From positions 96,001 to 160,000 of the forward strand of contig CAWJYV010000007.1 of the NCBI GenBank assembly GCA_963847185.1: DNA of 64,000 bases, given 5' to 3'. The translations under genes were made by a program, and so were the position numbers. This document shows positions 40,817 through 50,912 of the stretch, piece after piece (positions within the stretch are counted from its first letter, which is position 1; each line of letters begins with the position of its first letter). Source of the stretch: an uncultured Methanosarcinaceae archaeon. GTDB taxonomy: Archaea > Halobacteriota > Methanosarcinia > Methanosarcinales > Methanosarcinaceae. The notes beneath the pieces were generated by a model. It searched no databases. It was not told the origin of the DNA and saw only the letters and a program-made list of their open reading frames with translations.

Positions 40817-42226
40817 TCAGACTGTGTTAATTCTCTGTCTGATTACCTGTTCCAGTAGATGTGTTACCGCTATCTCCAGATGTTCCAGTTCCAGATGTTC
40901 CAGTAGTGTTACCGCTATCTCCAGATGTTCCAGTTCCAGATGATCCAGTAGTGTTACCGCTATCTCCAGATGTTCCAGTTCCAGATGTTCCAGTAGATGT
41001 GTTACCGCTATCTCCAGATGTTCCAGTTCCAGATGTTCCAGTAGTGTTACCGCTATCTCCAGATGTTCCAGTTCCAGATGTTCCAGTAGTGTTACCGCTA
41101 TCTCCAGATGTTCCAGTTCCAGATGATCCAGTAGTGTTACCGCTATCTCCAGATGTTCCAGTTCCAGATGTTCCAGTAGTGTTACCGCTATCTCCAGATG
41201 TTCCAGTTCCAGATGTTCCAGTAGATTTGTTACCGCTATCTCCAGATGTTCCAGTTCCAGATGTTCCAGTAGATTGTTATCGCTATCTCCAGATGTTCCA
41301 GTTCCGGATGTTCCAGTTCCAGATGTTCCAGTTCCAGATGATCCAGTAGTGTTACCGCTATCTCCAGATGTTCCAGTTCCGGATGTTCCAGTTCCGGATG
41401 ATCCAGTTCCAGATGATCTAGTAGTGTTACCGCTATCTCCAGATGTTCCAGTTCCAGATGTTATAGTTCCAGATGTTCTAGTAAAGGTACTACAGGTGTT
41501 ACCACTAGTTCCAGATGTTCCAGTAGATGTACTACAGGTGTTACCACTAGTTCCAGATGTTCCACTTGAGCTTCCACAGTTATTATAGAAATAACCGTTA
41601 CATTCTGTCTGTTCACTTGAGTTCTTAGTACAGGCTCCACTGGAGCTTGTAGTACTGGTTCCGCAGGTGCTGGTTCCACAGGTGCTGGTTCCACAGGTGC
41701 TGGTTCCGCAGGTGCTGGTTCCACAGGTGCTGGTTCCGCAGGTGCTGGTTCCGCAGGTGCTGGTTCCACAGGTGCTGGTTCCGCAGGTGCTGGTTCCACA
41801 GGTGCTGGTTCCACATAAGCTCGTAGTACAGTTCTCACTGGTACTGTTTTCACTTGAGCTCGTCGTACAGTTCCCACTGGCACTGTTTCCACATGAGCTC
41901 GTCGTACAGTTTTCTTGCCCATAGTCTGAAGATGAGTCGCTGCCTATAATTGAGCTGCTTATAGAAGAACTACCTACAACTGAGCTGCTATCTATAGGTG
42001 TGCTATAGCCTACGGCTGAGTTACAGCCTATATTTGAACTGCATTCCGCAGATAGGTTATCTTGTCCAGAGTTTGTATTTTCAGAGCTTATATTTTCAGA
42101 GGTTAATTTTGTATAGTTTGTAAGATCTTCACAGGCAATAGTGCCTGCCGTAATTAAAGTTGAAATTACTATTACTATAGAAAGAAACCCCAGGCTTTTT
42201 ACAACTGAATTTCCACTTAGGTTCAT
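40817..42226 (-). CDS. Secreted Cys/Ser/Thr/Gly repeat protein, apparently frameshifted near 41274
   Basis: GGAGGA SD, ATG at 42226, signal peptide, many N-x-S/T sequons, (CGTST)11, GTGTSGDSGN repeats that switch to LEHLE repeats at a 1-nt-short repeat unit. Confidence 0.7.
   Translation of the reverse strand: MNLSGNSVVKSLGFLSIVIVISTLITAGTIACEDLTNYTKLTSENISSENTNSGQDNLSAECSSNIGCNSAVGYSTPIDSSSVVGSSSISSSIIGSDSSSDYGQENCTTSSCGNSASGNCTTSSSENSTSENCTTSLCGTSTCGTSTCGTSTCGTSTCGTSTCGTSTCGTSTCGTSTCGTSTCGTSTCGTSTTSSSGACTKNSSEQTECNGYFYNNCGSSSGTSGTSGNTCSTSTGTSGTSGNTCSTFTRTSGTITSGTGTSGDSGNTTRSSGTGSSGTGTSGTGTSGDSGNTTGSSGTGTSGTGTSGTGTSGDSDNNLLEHLELEHLEIAVTNLLEHLELEHLEIAVTLLEHLELEHLEIAVTLLDHLELEHLEIAVTLLEHLELEHLEIAVTLLEHLELEHLEIAVTHLLEHLELEHLEIAVTLLDHLELEHLEIAVTLLEHLELEHLEIAVTHLLEQVIRQRINTV
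40851..41460. repeat. 39/42-bp tandem repeat array inside the repeat protein
   Basis: GTAGTGTTACCGCTATCTCCAGATGTTCCAGTTCCAGAT.. units. Confidence 0.92.
41656..41815. repeat. 15-bp tandem repeat x11 encoding CGTST
   Basis: TGGTTCC(A/G)CAGGTGC units; variation only at the synonymous Cys wobble position. Confidence 0.95.
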
Positions 42227-42755
42227 TACGTTCCTCCACATTTTTTGATCTACTCGTTTAACTGAGAAGATCAGGAACCAAAAAGACTACCAAAGTAAAA
42301 ATTAGCTAATACCCCTTAAATGTTACCATCACTTGCTTCTAAAAATTAAATATATTTTTTAAGCTAAATAACGTATATCTAGAAAAACCCCTGTTTCCCA
42401 ATCTTGAAATTCATTTCTATTAAATTCAATTATTCAAAAAATTAGGTTATTTTCTAACTCTAAAATCTTATCAATTATGTATAATAATTTTGAATGTAAT
42501 ATTTTGTACGAAGAGTGTGATTCTCTCTGATTGAATAGTTATTTTTTTGCTTATTAATTCTGTTCACTCAATCTGAAGCTTCATATTTGGTGCTGTCATA
42601 CATCTAATATTGTTGCCTCCTTGTTCTGTTCCTCGTTTTTCAAAGCCAATTTGATCTTGCTTGTTTGATCTGAGAAAAGACTTGAAAAGATTACGACATG
42701 CTCAAAACAGCCTAGTTAATAGTTAATATATATTAAAGGCAACAATATCCAGCAG

Positions 42756-44075
42756 ATGACAAAAGGAATTCTTATCGCAGGAACCCAGAGCGGGGTTGGA
42801 AAAACTACAGTCTCCATGGGTATTATGGCTGCCCTCAAGCACAGGGAGCTTAAAGTCCAGCCTTATAAGGTAGGGCCTGACTATATCGATCCTTCTCATC
42901 ATACAGCAATCTGCGGGCGACCCTCAAGGAATCTGGACACCTATATGATGGACACTGACGGGATTAAACAGACCGTAGCTCGAACGGCTGTAGATGCTGA
43001 TATCGTGGTCGTAGAAGGTGTGATGGGGCTTTTTGATGGGATAGATTCTACGGAAATTGCAAGCTCAGCGCATGTTGCGAAAACCCTTGACTTACCGGTA
43101 ATTCTGGTAATTAATGTTCATGGTATGTCCAGAAGCGCCGCAGCTCTTTTGAAAGGGTATTCCGAGTTTGATCCTGAGATCAGGATTGCAGGTGTCATCC
43201 TTAATCAGGTTGGAAGCCCACGCCATGCGGAACTCGTAAAAAATTCGCTTCCTGGCAACATTCCTGTAGTAGGTACTATTCCACGAAGGAAAGATATCGA
43301 GGTTCCCTCCAGACACCTCGGACTATACATGGCCCATGAAAAGGACTACAACACTGAAGAAATGGCAGCTTTTATAGAGGAAAATGTTGACCTTGATGCA
43401 GTGCTTGAACTTGCCGAACCCTGTTCAGTTCCCAAGATTGCGAATATCCAGAGACCGGAAGCAGATGTCAGAATAGGAATTGCCAGGGACCCTGCTTTTT
43501 GTTTTTACTATCAGGATATGTTTGATGCCTTTAGAGACTCTGGGGCTGAGGTAGTATTCTTTAGCCCGATGGCAGGAGAAGTCCCTGATGTGGACGGAAT
43601 TTACCTTGGAGGCGGCTATCCTGAACTTTACGCAGAAACCCTTGAAAATTCGGAAACTACCCGGAAGCTCAAAGGGCTTGCAGCGGACGGTCTTCCTATC
43701 TATGCAGAATGCGGCGGTCTGCTCTACCTCTGTGGAACCTATGAAGTGGATGGCCGGACTTATAAACTTGCAGATGTTGTGCCCGCAAATACGCGTATGA
43801 CAAACCGGCTTAAGGCTCTGGGCTATACTGAGGCTCGCCCTCTGGATACAAATTTCTCTTCTCATAACATCCGGGGTCACGAATTCCATTACTCTCTTAC
43901 GGAATGTGATAAAGACGCCAGGTTTGCATATGAAATGCTTCGCGGAAAAGGTATTCAGAATGGTTTTGACGGGCTTATCGAGCACAACACCCTCGCAGGG
44001 TATATGCATTCTCATCCTGCCAGTTTCCCGGTAGATAAGTTTGTGGGAAAATGCAGAGTATACAGAAGAAAGTAA
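42756..44075 (+). CDS. cbiA: Cobyrinate a,c-diamide synthase family (CbiA/CobB; CfbB paralog not excluded)
   Basis: SGVGKTT, KVGPDYID, EGVMGLFDG, SRHLGL, GGGYPE, AECGG, GHEFHYS. Confidence 0.88.
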   Translation: MTKGILIAGTQSGVGKTTVSMGIMAALKHRELKVQPYKVGPDYIDPSHHTAICGRPSRNLDTYMMDTDGIKQTVARTAVDADIVVVEGVMGLFDGIDSTEIASSAHVAKTLDLPVILVINVHGMSRSAAALLKGYSEFDPEIRIAGVILNQVGSPRHAELVKNSLPGNIPVVGTIPRRKDIEVPSRHLGLYMAHEKDYNTEEMAAFIEENVDLDAVLELAEPCSVPKIANIQRPEADVRIGIARDPAFCFYYQDMFDAFRDSGAEVVFFSPMAGEVPDVDGIYLGGGYPELYAETLENSETTRKLKGLAADGLPIYAECGGLLYLCGTYEVDGRTYKLADVVPANTRMTNRLKALGYTEARPLDTNFSSHNIRGHEFHYSLTECDKDARFAYEMLRGKGIQNGFDGLIEHNTLAGYMHSHPASFPVDKFVGKCRVYRRK

Positions 44076-44469
44076 AGGTTCAGACCTAAACCTGTTGCTT
44101 GCTTTGCGAGCAACTTTTTAATTTTTTATCTTTTCATATATTTATGTTGCAGCGCATTTCTAAATTAAGGGCCTGTTGAAAGACTTTCATTCTCATGCTG
44201 AGAAACTTTCATTCTAAATATGTGCTAGGTATTCGACCCTTCACCAGCTATCCTTTCTAAAACACTTTCAGTCTGCCAGGTTGGGATTAATAAACACAGA
44301 CATAGTTTTTGTGAATAGAGATGTATATACTGGAAGAGATATTCAAAGGATTTACTGCATTCCTCCAGTATTATGAGGAACAATTTGGACAATGAATAAT
44401 CAGTCCAGTATTGACTCAGCCAACATAATTCAGTCTATATCATATCCAGTTATAAAAAGAGGGAATAAA

Positions 44470-44934
44470 ATGAAATTTATATGTCCACTGATTGTTGTTA
44501 ATAACATAGAGGTTTCCAGAAGCTTTTACGAAAAAGTTCTCAATCAAAAAGTACAATGCGATTTTGGTGAAAATGTATCATTTGAGGGCGGCTTTGCAAT
44601 ACATTTAAAATCACATTTTTCAGACCTAATTAATATTAATAAGAGCGATATCCTTCAAAAAGCAAATAATTGTGAATTATATTTTGAAGAAGATGATTTA
44701 GATAGTTTCCTTCAAAAGCTGAAAAATAGAGAGTCAATCGAATATGTACATGGGTTAAAAGAACAGCCCTGGGGACAAAGGGTTATCAGATTTTACGATC
44801 CTGATATGCACATTATTGAAGTTGGTGAACCCATGGAAAGCGTAGTAAGAAGGTTCTTGAGTAACGGGTTATCGATTGAAGAAACAGTAAAAAGTACCTT
44901 AATGCCAGAAGAATTTGTCAAAAAGTTCATATAA
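44470..44934 (+). CDS. Glyoxalase/bleomycin-resistance (VOC) family protein
   Basis: SRSFYEKVL, ELYFEEDDLD, EQPWGQRVIRFYDPDMHIIEVGE. Confidence 0.85.
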   Translation: MKFICPLIVVNNIEVSRSFYEKVLNQKVQCDFGENVSFEGGFAIHLKSHFSDLININKSDILQKANNCELYFEEDDLDSFLQKLKNRESIEYVHGLKEQPWGQRVIRFYDPDMHIIEVGEPMESVVRRFLSNGLSIEETVKSTLMPEEFVKKFI

Positions 44935-44977
44935 GATTTTTATTATCCGTTTTAAGGTTTCTTAATTCTTTAATCCT

Positions 44978-46096
44978 TTATTCATTTTCGTTTCCCTTTT
45001 CGTTTCCCTTTTCGTTTCCCTTTTCGTTTCCCTTTTCATTTTCCTTTTCATTTTCCTTTTCGTTTCCCTTTTCGTTTCCCTTTTCTTTATTTTTAAAATA
45101 AATTTTCTTCTCGTAATACCCTAGAGGATGGTTGATTTTTTCGCACAACCTATCTTTTCCTATGCAGTTGCCATAGGTTCTCATGGTATCGCAGGCTGGG
45201 GGTTTGTATGTATTTCCCGTGGCGCCTGCAATGTGCTCTATCTGGTAAAGGGTTTTTTCTGCGTCAAAATCAGGGGAAATATTGAAAAGATTGAGTATTT
45301 CGTCTACTGACATCCCCACGCTCAGCAAAAAAGAGGTCATGGCAAATCTCATTGAATGAGCAAGGTTCACTCCGCCCTGAACGTTTGCAAGGGCATGTGA
45401 AATACAGGGGGGAAAGAGTTCAGGCTCTACAGTTCCGAAATCCGTTGCCCCGAATTTTTTCTTTTGGACCTCGAACTGATCCTTTATCTCGGCAACATAA
45501 GGGGCACAAAAACTCGAAATCTCCTCAGGAATTTCAGGAATCGGAAAGGATCGTTCAATACGTTCTCTGATCGCTTCTTCAAAGAGCCTTGCAAATTCTT
45601 CCTTTGTAATTTTCACTTTGCCGGCTTTTAACTGGCGGTTTGTAAGTTTCCAGGTTGGGTCTTTCAGTGAATTTGAAAAGCGGATATAGTCCGTAAAATG
45701 CAAGCTGAAATAGGAATCTTTTAATTCCACTGAAATTCCGAAATCTTCTCCGAATTCAAGTAAAAAAGCAGGGGTTTCGTTTTTTAATAAGGTATAGGCA
45801 GCTTTGGCTTCTGCCAGAGAATAGCGCCGGGTAAAAAGCTGGTCATCCACACAGGCAACCAGCATTCTGGCAAAAGGGTAAGAAAGGAGTTCTGCGAGGA
45901 TATGGGCTTCTCCTGAAAGAGGAGATTTCTTGATTTCCCCTTCCAGAGCTTGTTTTACCCTTTCTATTCCCCGGGCCCTTGCAGCTCTGTAAGCCCGGGA
46001 ATTAAGCAGATTATCAAGGGAAATACCCAGATTTTCAACATGGATAGATGCTTCTGAAATAAACGGATAAAATGCAAGTTTTTCGGCCTGCATCAT
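44978..46096 (-). CDS. priL: DNA primase large subunit
   Basis: YPF, FPPCI, YQIEHIAG, PPACDTM...C...C...HPL Fe-S motif; repetitive KGNE tail. Confidence 0.93.
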   Translation of the reverse strand: MMQAEKLAFYPFISEASIHVENLGISLDNLLNSRAYRAARARGIERVKQALEGEIKKSPLSGEAHILAELLSYPFARMLVACVDDQLFTRRYSLAEAKAAYTLLKNETPAFLLEFGEDFGISVELKDSYFSLHFTDYIRFSNSLKDPTWKLTNRQLKAGKVKITKEEFARLFEEAIRERIERSFPIPEIPEEISSFCAPYVAEIKDQFEVQKKKFGATDFGTVEPELFPPCISHALANVQGGVNLAHSMRFAMTSFLLSVGMSVDEILNLFNISPDFDAEKTLYQIEHIAGATGNTYKPPACDTMRTYGNCIGKDRLCEKINHPLGYYEKKIYFKNKEKGNEKGNEKENEKENEKGNEKGNEKGNEKGNENE

Positions 46097-46833
46097 TAAT
46101 CCGACTCAATTCTCGGGGCAAGGAGGTAAGAAATTCTTCCTGTACCGTTTGCAATTTCGAAGTCTATGATTACTGGAAAATCCCTTCCGAGGGAAAGACT
46201 AACTTCGTTTACTTTGTTCGTGGGCTTAACTATATCTGTCAGATAGTCCAGCGAAAAAAGGGAACATGCTTCACCTGCCTTCAGGTCAATTAGCTGATCT
46301 CTACCCATCTCTAAGCGAACCTGGTCAGTATCACCTTTTGCTTCCATATAAAAGGAATCACCGGAAACTCCCATAAGCAGATGATCGCTTATTTTTTCTG
46401 CAGCCTTCACCGCACGCCTGAGATCCGTGCCGTTCAGGACAACTTTTGCAGGCAACTCAAGCTGGGGAACTCTGGGTTCTGCACGAACTGTAGAAGGGTC
46501 GAGAAGAGAAAGGGTATAAGACAGCCCTCCGACATCGATCAGGAGTTTATGATTTCCTTCTTCAAGTTCCATCCGGACTGTGTCGTTTTTATCTGCAATT
46601 CCCAGCAGGTCCGTAATCTTATTCAGGTCAATTCCGATTTCACTCTCATCAGCGCTATATTCATCAAAAGCGGATGATCCAAGCTCAAAGATTACCATTG
46701 CAACGTTGGCAGGGTCAACAGCTTTTACCGAAATACCTTCCGGTTTCATCTTGAATCTGACCTCGTCTACAATTACAGCCAGTGAGGCAATCGCGTCCTT
46801 CAGAAGCTCTGCATTAATTGCTGCCTTAAACAT
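46096..46833 (-). CDS. pcn: DNA polymerase sliding clamp PCNA
   Basis: AVDPANVAM, FSLDYL, YLLAPRIE. Confidence 0.97.
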   Translation of the reverse strand: MFKAAINAELLKDAIASLAVIVDEVRFKMKPEGISVKAVDPANVAMVIFELGSSAFDEYSADESEIGIDLNKITDLLGIADKNDTVRMELEEGNHKLLIDVGGLSYTLSLLDPSTVRAEPRVPQLELPAKVVLNGTDLRRAVKAAEKISDHLLMGVSGDSFYMEAKGDTDQVRLEMGRDQLIDLKAGEACSLFSLDYLTDIVKPTNKVNEVSLSLGRDFPVIIDFEIANGTGRISYLLAPRIESD

Positions 46834-47127
46834 AATTCTTCTCCGCTATAAATTTAAGTTTTAAGCTCTTTATTACCCTTGAGATATATAAATTTCTTTA
46901 CAAAATCGTAAGTATTCGATCTATTATAAGGATAAATTTTCCGAATATGGATAAATATCTATCTTGAATCGGAAAATCACTAGATTCAAACTCCCGGTAA
47001 CTATATAACTTTTGGTCAAAAACCGGAAGGCTTCAGGCTCTGCCTGAGGCAGGAGAGAAGCTAGACCTGATAAATTAACTTTTTTGGGATATGATCTTCA
47101 AGGGTTTTACAGAAGGGCAACTGGGTT

Positions 47128-47442
47128 TCAGTCGTATTCTCTCCAGGTGAACCCACATTTAGTACATTTGAAGAAACGTGTTTCAGACTCGTCTGCGGAT
47201 CTGAGTTGTCTGAGCCACCAGGCTGCAGTATTATGTCCGCACTCCGGGCATTTTGTACTTGTTGTTGGCAGACCTGATGTCTGTTCACCTTCCAGAACCA
47301 CTACTTCACGATCATCAATTTTGGCTTTGGATACAAAATTCTTTGCGTCATTTTTTATGGGTATTGTGTTTCCGCACTTTCTACATTGGTAATTACCATC
47401 TTTAGGAAACATCATACTTTTGCATTTGGTACAGAACTGCAT
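47128..47442 (-). CDS. tfs: Transcription elongation factor TFS
   Basis: FCTKC..CRKC and CPECG..QLRSADESETRFFKCTKC; ATG at 47442. Confidence 0.95.
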   Translation of the reverse strand: MQFCTKCKSMMFPKDGNYQCRKCGNTIPIKNDAKNFVSKAKIDDREVVVLEGEQTSGLPTTSTKCPECGHNTAAWWLRQLRSADESETRFFKCTKCGFTWREYD

Positions 47443-47836
47443 TAATATCACTTTTTGCGTCATTTACTATTTTGTTGTGGTCAAAAGCCAGTTCAGGAAT
47501 AGAATCAAGCTCAAAAAGCTCGGCAGAAGCGGCATCAGACCCTGATTTTAGCTTTCCGGATCCCTTTGCGAGGTAGCATATTGAAACTGTATGGCCTCTG
47601 GGGTCGCGTTGAGGATCGGAATAGACCCCTAAAAGTTTAATGATCTCTACAGAAAGACCCGTTTCTTCAAAAGCTTCTCTTGTGGCTGCTTTTTCTGTAC
47701 TTTCTCCTATTTCAACAAAGCCACCAGGAAGGGCAAACTTCCCCTGATATGGAGGATTTTTTCTCTTCACAAGAACAAGCCTATTTTTAAAGAGGATTAT
47801 GGTATCAACGGTTAAGCTAGGGGTTTGAGGTTTCAT
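47402..47836 (-). CDS. NUDIX hydrolase (ADP-ribose pyrophosphatase-like)
   Basis: Nudix box GGFVEIGESTEKAATREAFEETGL, RDPRGH, LAFDH. Confidence 0.9.
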   Translation of the reverse strand: MKPQTPSLTVDTIILFKNRLVLVKRKNPPYQGKFALPGGFVEIGESTEKAATREAFEETGLSVEIIKLLGVYSDPQRDPRGHTVSICYLAKGSGKLKSGSDAASAELFELDSIPELAFDHNKIVNDAKSDINAVLYQMQKYDVS

Positions 47837-48586
47837 AAAACGCCTTCGCAAGTTAGTCTTCCCTGAGATTTTCTTTCCAGCCACCAATAATTTTCTAAAT
47901 CAATTTCATCGGCAAAGATGCCAGATAATAATATATTATTATTGAGTATAACTAGAAATTCGTCATCGTATTTCAATTATTCTTCCTAATCATTTTGATT
48001 ACTTTCTCAGAGTTCCTTTTTTGGATTTTTCTCTCGAGTCTCATTTTAGTTGTCTTGTTGATTTTTGACATTTTAAATCAAATTTTCATCAAGCAAAAAA
48101 GTCCCTTATGCAGTAACCTCTCTTAAATGTTTCTCTTTTGTTGGAACTAAAAGCCTCTTTCTCTATTACTTTTATCGTTTTTTGATTTGAGATTCTTATT
48201 TGAATAGGAGTAGTTTTCTAACGCTATTTTTGTATAATAGAAATTTGTTATCTAATTTGCAATGCTTACTCGATCTTTATCTCTGATGAATAAGTACTGA
48301 TGAATAAGTACTAATATAGAAAAATAAAATCTGGGAAAGTAAAATAATATTCTTTGCAAATAAAATCAATACTCTTTGTAAGTAAAATCCATATCCTTTG
48401 AATTCTAATATGAGTGTGAATTTTGAGTCTTTAAAAAAACTTCTATGAAAATCATTATATTTTAGAGAATTTAATATGTCATTCTTCTTAAACTTCATAA
48501 CTTGCCCGAGATACCTCCCATGTATTGGGAATAATGAGGACAGAAATCTCGAATTCACTTATCTCGGGCAAAAAGGTGCGTAAAAA

Positions 48587-49456
48587 ATGATAGAAAATGT
48601 GCTCTGGCTCGCAGTCGGATTAATGGTTGTTTCATCCGTCATCCCCAGAAATTTCAGGGTTCGTAAACTTGTAGGTGGGGTCGGGTGGAGTGTATTTTCC
48701 ATTCACTGGAGTTACCAGCCTCTCCATTATTTAAAAGTCATGGACTATACTAACGTGATCCTGACAATAATAGTTACTCTATTTTGTTTACTCGTTGCCT
48801 ATATTATGTTTCGTGAGTACAGGGAAGGTCCTCTTCATATACTAAAAAATAGAAAAGTCCTTCACTCGGAGTTATCAGTTCAGGATGAGATCAGTTCCCT
48901 TGATATAACTTCAATGCTTACCAGTGCCAGTGCACTCGGAGCTCTCGTTTATTATCCATTCGCGAATTTCTCGGCTCTGAATACCTGGATCATTGGAGAA
49001 GTTACTTCCCAGGTTCTCTGGGTCCTCCAGTATCTCGAGGTTCCTGCATATCTGAAGGCCTGGAATATGATAACCCTAAATGGATATACAGTTGAGATCA
49101 TTCTTGCCTGTACGGCAATTGAGAGTATAGCTCTCTTTATGGGGCTTATAGCAGCAGTCAAAGCTCCCCTTAATCGTCTGGCTACGGCCTTCATTATATC
49201 CGTGCCTGTAATTTATGTTTTAAACCTTATCAGGGATATTTTTGTGGTAGTAGCTTACGGAGAGCAGTGGTTTGGTGCTGACAGTTTTGTAATCGCACAT
49301 AATTATATAGCAAAAGCTGGTTCAGGAATTGCTCTTTTTGCAATTTCATATGCGGTCCTTCGAGTTCTGCCCGAATTACTGGAAATGATTGACGGTTTGT
49401 GGGTCATACTTTCAGCAGAGCTGAAATCTCTTTTGCATAGATCTGAGGGGGGTTGA
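48587..49456 (+). CDS. artA: Archaeosortase A
   Basis: Polytopic membrane protein, IILACTAIES catalytic Cys, LNLIRD Arg, AHNYIAK. Confidence 0.9.
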   Translation: MIENVLWLAVGLMVVSSVIPRNFRVRKLVGGVGWSVFSIHWSYQPLHYLKVMDYTNVILTIIVTLFCLLVAYIMFREYREGPLHILKNRKVLHSELSVQDEISSLDITSMLTSASALGALVYYPFANFSALNTWIIGEVTSQVLWVLQYLEVPAYLKAWNMITLNGYTVEIILACTAIESIALFMGLIAAVKAPLNRLATAFIISVPVIYVLNLIRDIFVVVAYGEQWFGADSFVIAHNYIAKAGSGIALFAISYAVLRVLPELLEMIDGLWVILSAELKSLLHRSEGG

Positions 49457-50085
49457 GGCCAATGTTTGCAAAGGGCTCGGAACCCTGGCTTTTTACCGCA
49501 GTATCTATAACCGGAATGTTTGCGATTCTTTCCAGGGCAATGGACAGCTCTTCTCTCCACAATGCTGCTTACCTGGGGATAGCGCTAACTTCTTTCATGA
49601 TTATTTTTTTCCGAGATCCCGAAAGAAAAGTTGAAGTTTCGGATGATTATATGATTTCTCCTGCCGATGGTACCGTTATAGATATCAGAGACAGGAAGAT
49701 CTGTATTTTCATGTTTTTTCAAAACGTTCATGTAAATAGAGCTCCTATTTCCGGAAAAATCAGAGAAATTACATATAAGAAAGGAGGATACCTCCCTGCT
49801 TATCGTAAAGATTCTGAAAGGAACGAAAGAAATGAGTTTATTATCCATAGCAAATATGGAGATGTCAGCGTTATACAGATTGCAGGTACCGTCGCCCGCA
49901 GGATTGTCTCTTACTCAAGGGTAAATGATACTGTCGAGCAAGGACAACGTATAGGAATGATTCGTTTCGGATCAAGGGTTGATGTGACAATTCCTCATGA
50001 TTTTGACATCACAGTCAGGAAAGGGGATCGTGTACTTGCAGGCAAGACTGTTGTAGCAATAATAAAAAGTGACAGGGAATTTTGA
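49453..50085 (+). CDS. psd: Archaetidylserine/phosphatidylserine decarboxylase proenzyme
   Basis: FFRDPER, SPADG, VHVNRAP, QIAG, FGSRVD autocleavage site. Confidence 0.93.
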   Translation: MRPMFAKGSEPWLFTAVSITGMFAILSRAMDSSSLHNAAYLGIALTSFMIIFFRDPERKVEVSDDYMISPADGTVIDIRDRKICIFMFFQNVHVNRAPISGKIREITYKKGGYLPAYRKDSERNERNEFIIHSKYGDVSVIQIAGTVARRIVSYSRVNDTVEQGQRIGMIRFGSRVDVTIPHDFDITVRKGDRVLAGKTVVAIIKSDREF

Positions 50086-50837
50086 ATATGAATGTATTTC
50101 AAATGTTAAGACTCCCGGACCTGGTCTCTCTTTTGAACCTGATCTGCGGGATTAGCGCCATTTCAGCTGCCCATAATGGTTCTTTTGACCTTGCTTTAAT
50201 CTTTCTTCTACTAGGTGCAGTCGCAGATGGGGCAGATGGATATATTGCCAGACGGTTCAGAGGAGGAGAATTGGGGGAGCATCTTGACTCCCTGTCGGAC
50301 GCAATCTCTTTTGGGGTTGCCCCTGCTCTTCTTATATATATCGGATTTGGAGGAGATGATCCTCTTGTTGCAGTATTTCCAGCTTTTTACGCTGTATGCG
50401 GTGTGCTCAGGCTTGCCCGTTTCAATTCGTCTATAACTTCCCAGAAAAACGGATTTGAAGGGCTTCCTATTACTGCAGGTTGCGTTATGCTTGTTACTTA
50501 CCTGCTTCTGGGTCATAATTTTGTCAGGATAGACCTTCTTTTAGCTCTTACTCTTGTCCTTTCTATTCTCATGGTAAGTTCAGTAAGCTATCCGAAGATC
50601 AGAAATATCAGGGTCCTGGCTTTTATAGCCGCTATTTTCGGGTTAACCATGCTTCTTTATTTCGTAGATTCGAAATATGGTACAGAGTATATGCGGATCT
50701 TTTCTTTCCTGCCTTTTATTCTAATGCTGATATACATTTTTTCTCCCTTTCTCAGGATTCCTTTATTGAGTAACTTAAGCAGTAAGGAGTACCGAAATAA
50801 AGGGGTAAAAGCCGGGGGAAGGAAGGAAAAGCACTGA
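50082..50837 (+). CDS. pssA: Archaetidylserine synthase (CDP-alcohol phosphatidyltransferase)
   Basis: DGADGYIARR..G..LDSLSD motif, LRLARFN, FEGLP. Confidence 0.92.
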   Translation: MNMNVFQMLRLPDLVSLLNLICGISAISAAHNGSFDLALIFLLLGAVADGADGYIARRFRGGELGEHLDSLSDAISFGVAPALLIYIGFGGDDPLVAVFPAFYAVCGVLRLARFNSSITSQKNGFEGLPITAGCVMLVTYLLLGHNFVRIDLLLALTLVLSILMVSSVSYPKIRNIRVLAFIAAIFGLTMLLYFVDSKYGTEYMRIFSFLPFILMLIYIFSPFLRIPLLSNLSSKEYRNKGVKAGGRKEKH

Positions 50838-50912
50838 GATCAACTAATAAAAGCAACAGGTTGATCCACTTCAAAATTCTCATTTACGAATGTTCTTCAG
50901 GGAGAGATTTAT

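Noticed and set aside
40851-41815. Repeat arrays as a CRISPR array
   Set aside because: Units are contiguous multiples of 3 nt with no unique spacers; they are coding tandem repeats, and no cas genes are nearby
40861-41924. Plus-strand PDVPV and PQVLV ORFs and alternative-frame EPAPV and NQHLW ORFs
   Set aside because: Shadow frames of the repeat; only the CGTST frame has an SD, a signal peptide and synonymous-only variation
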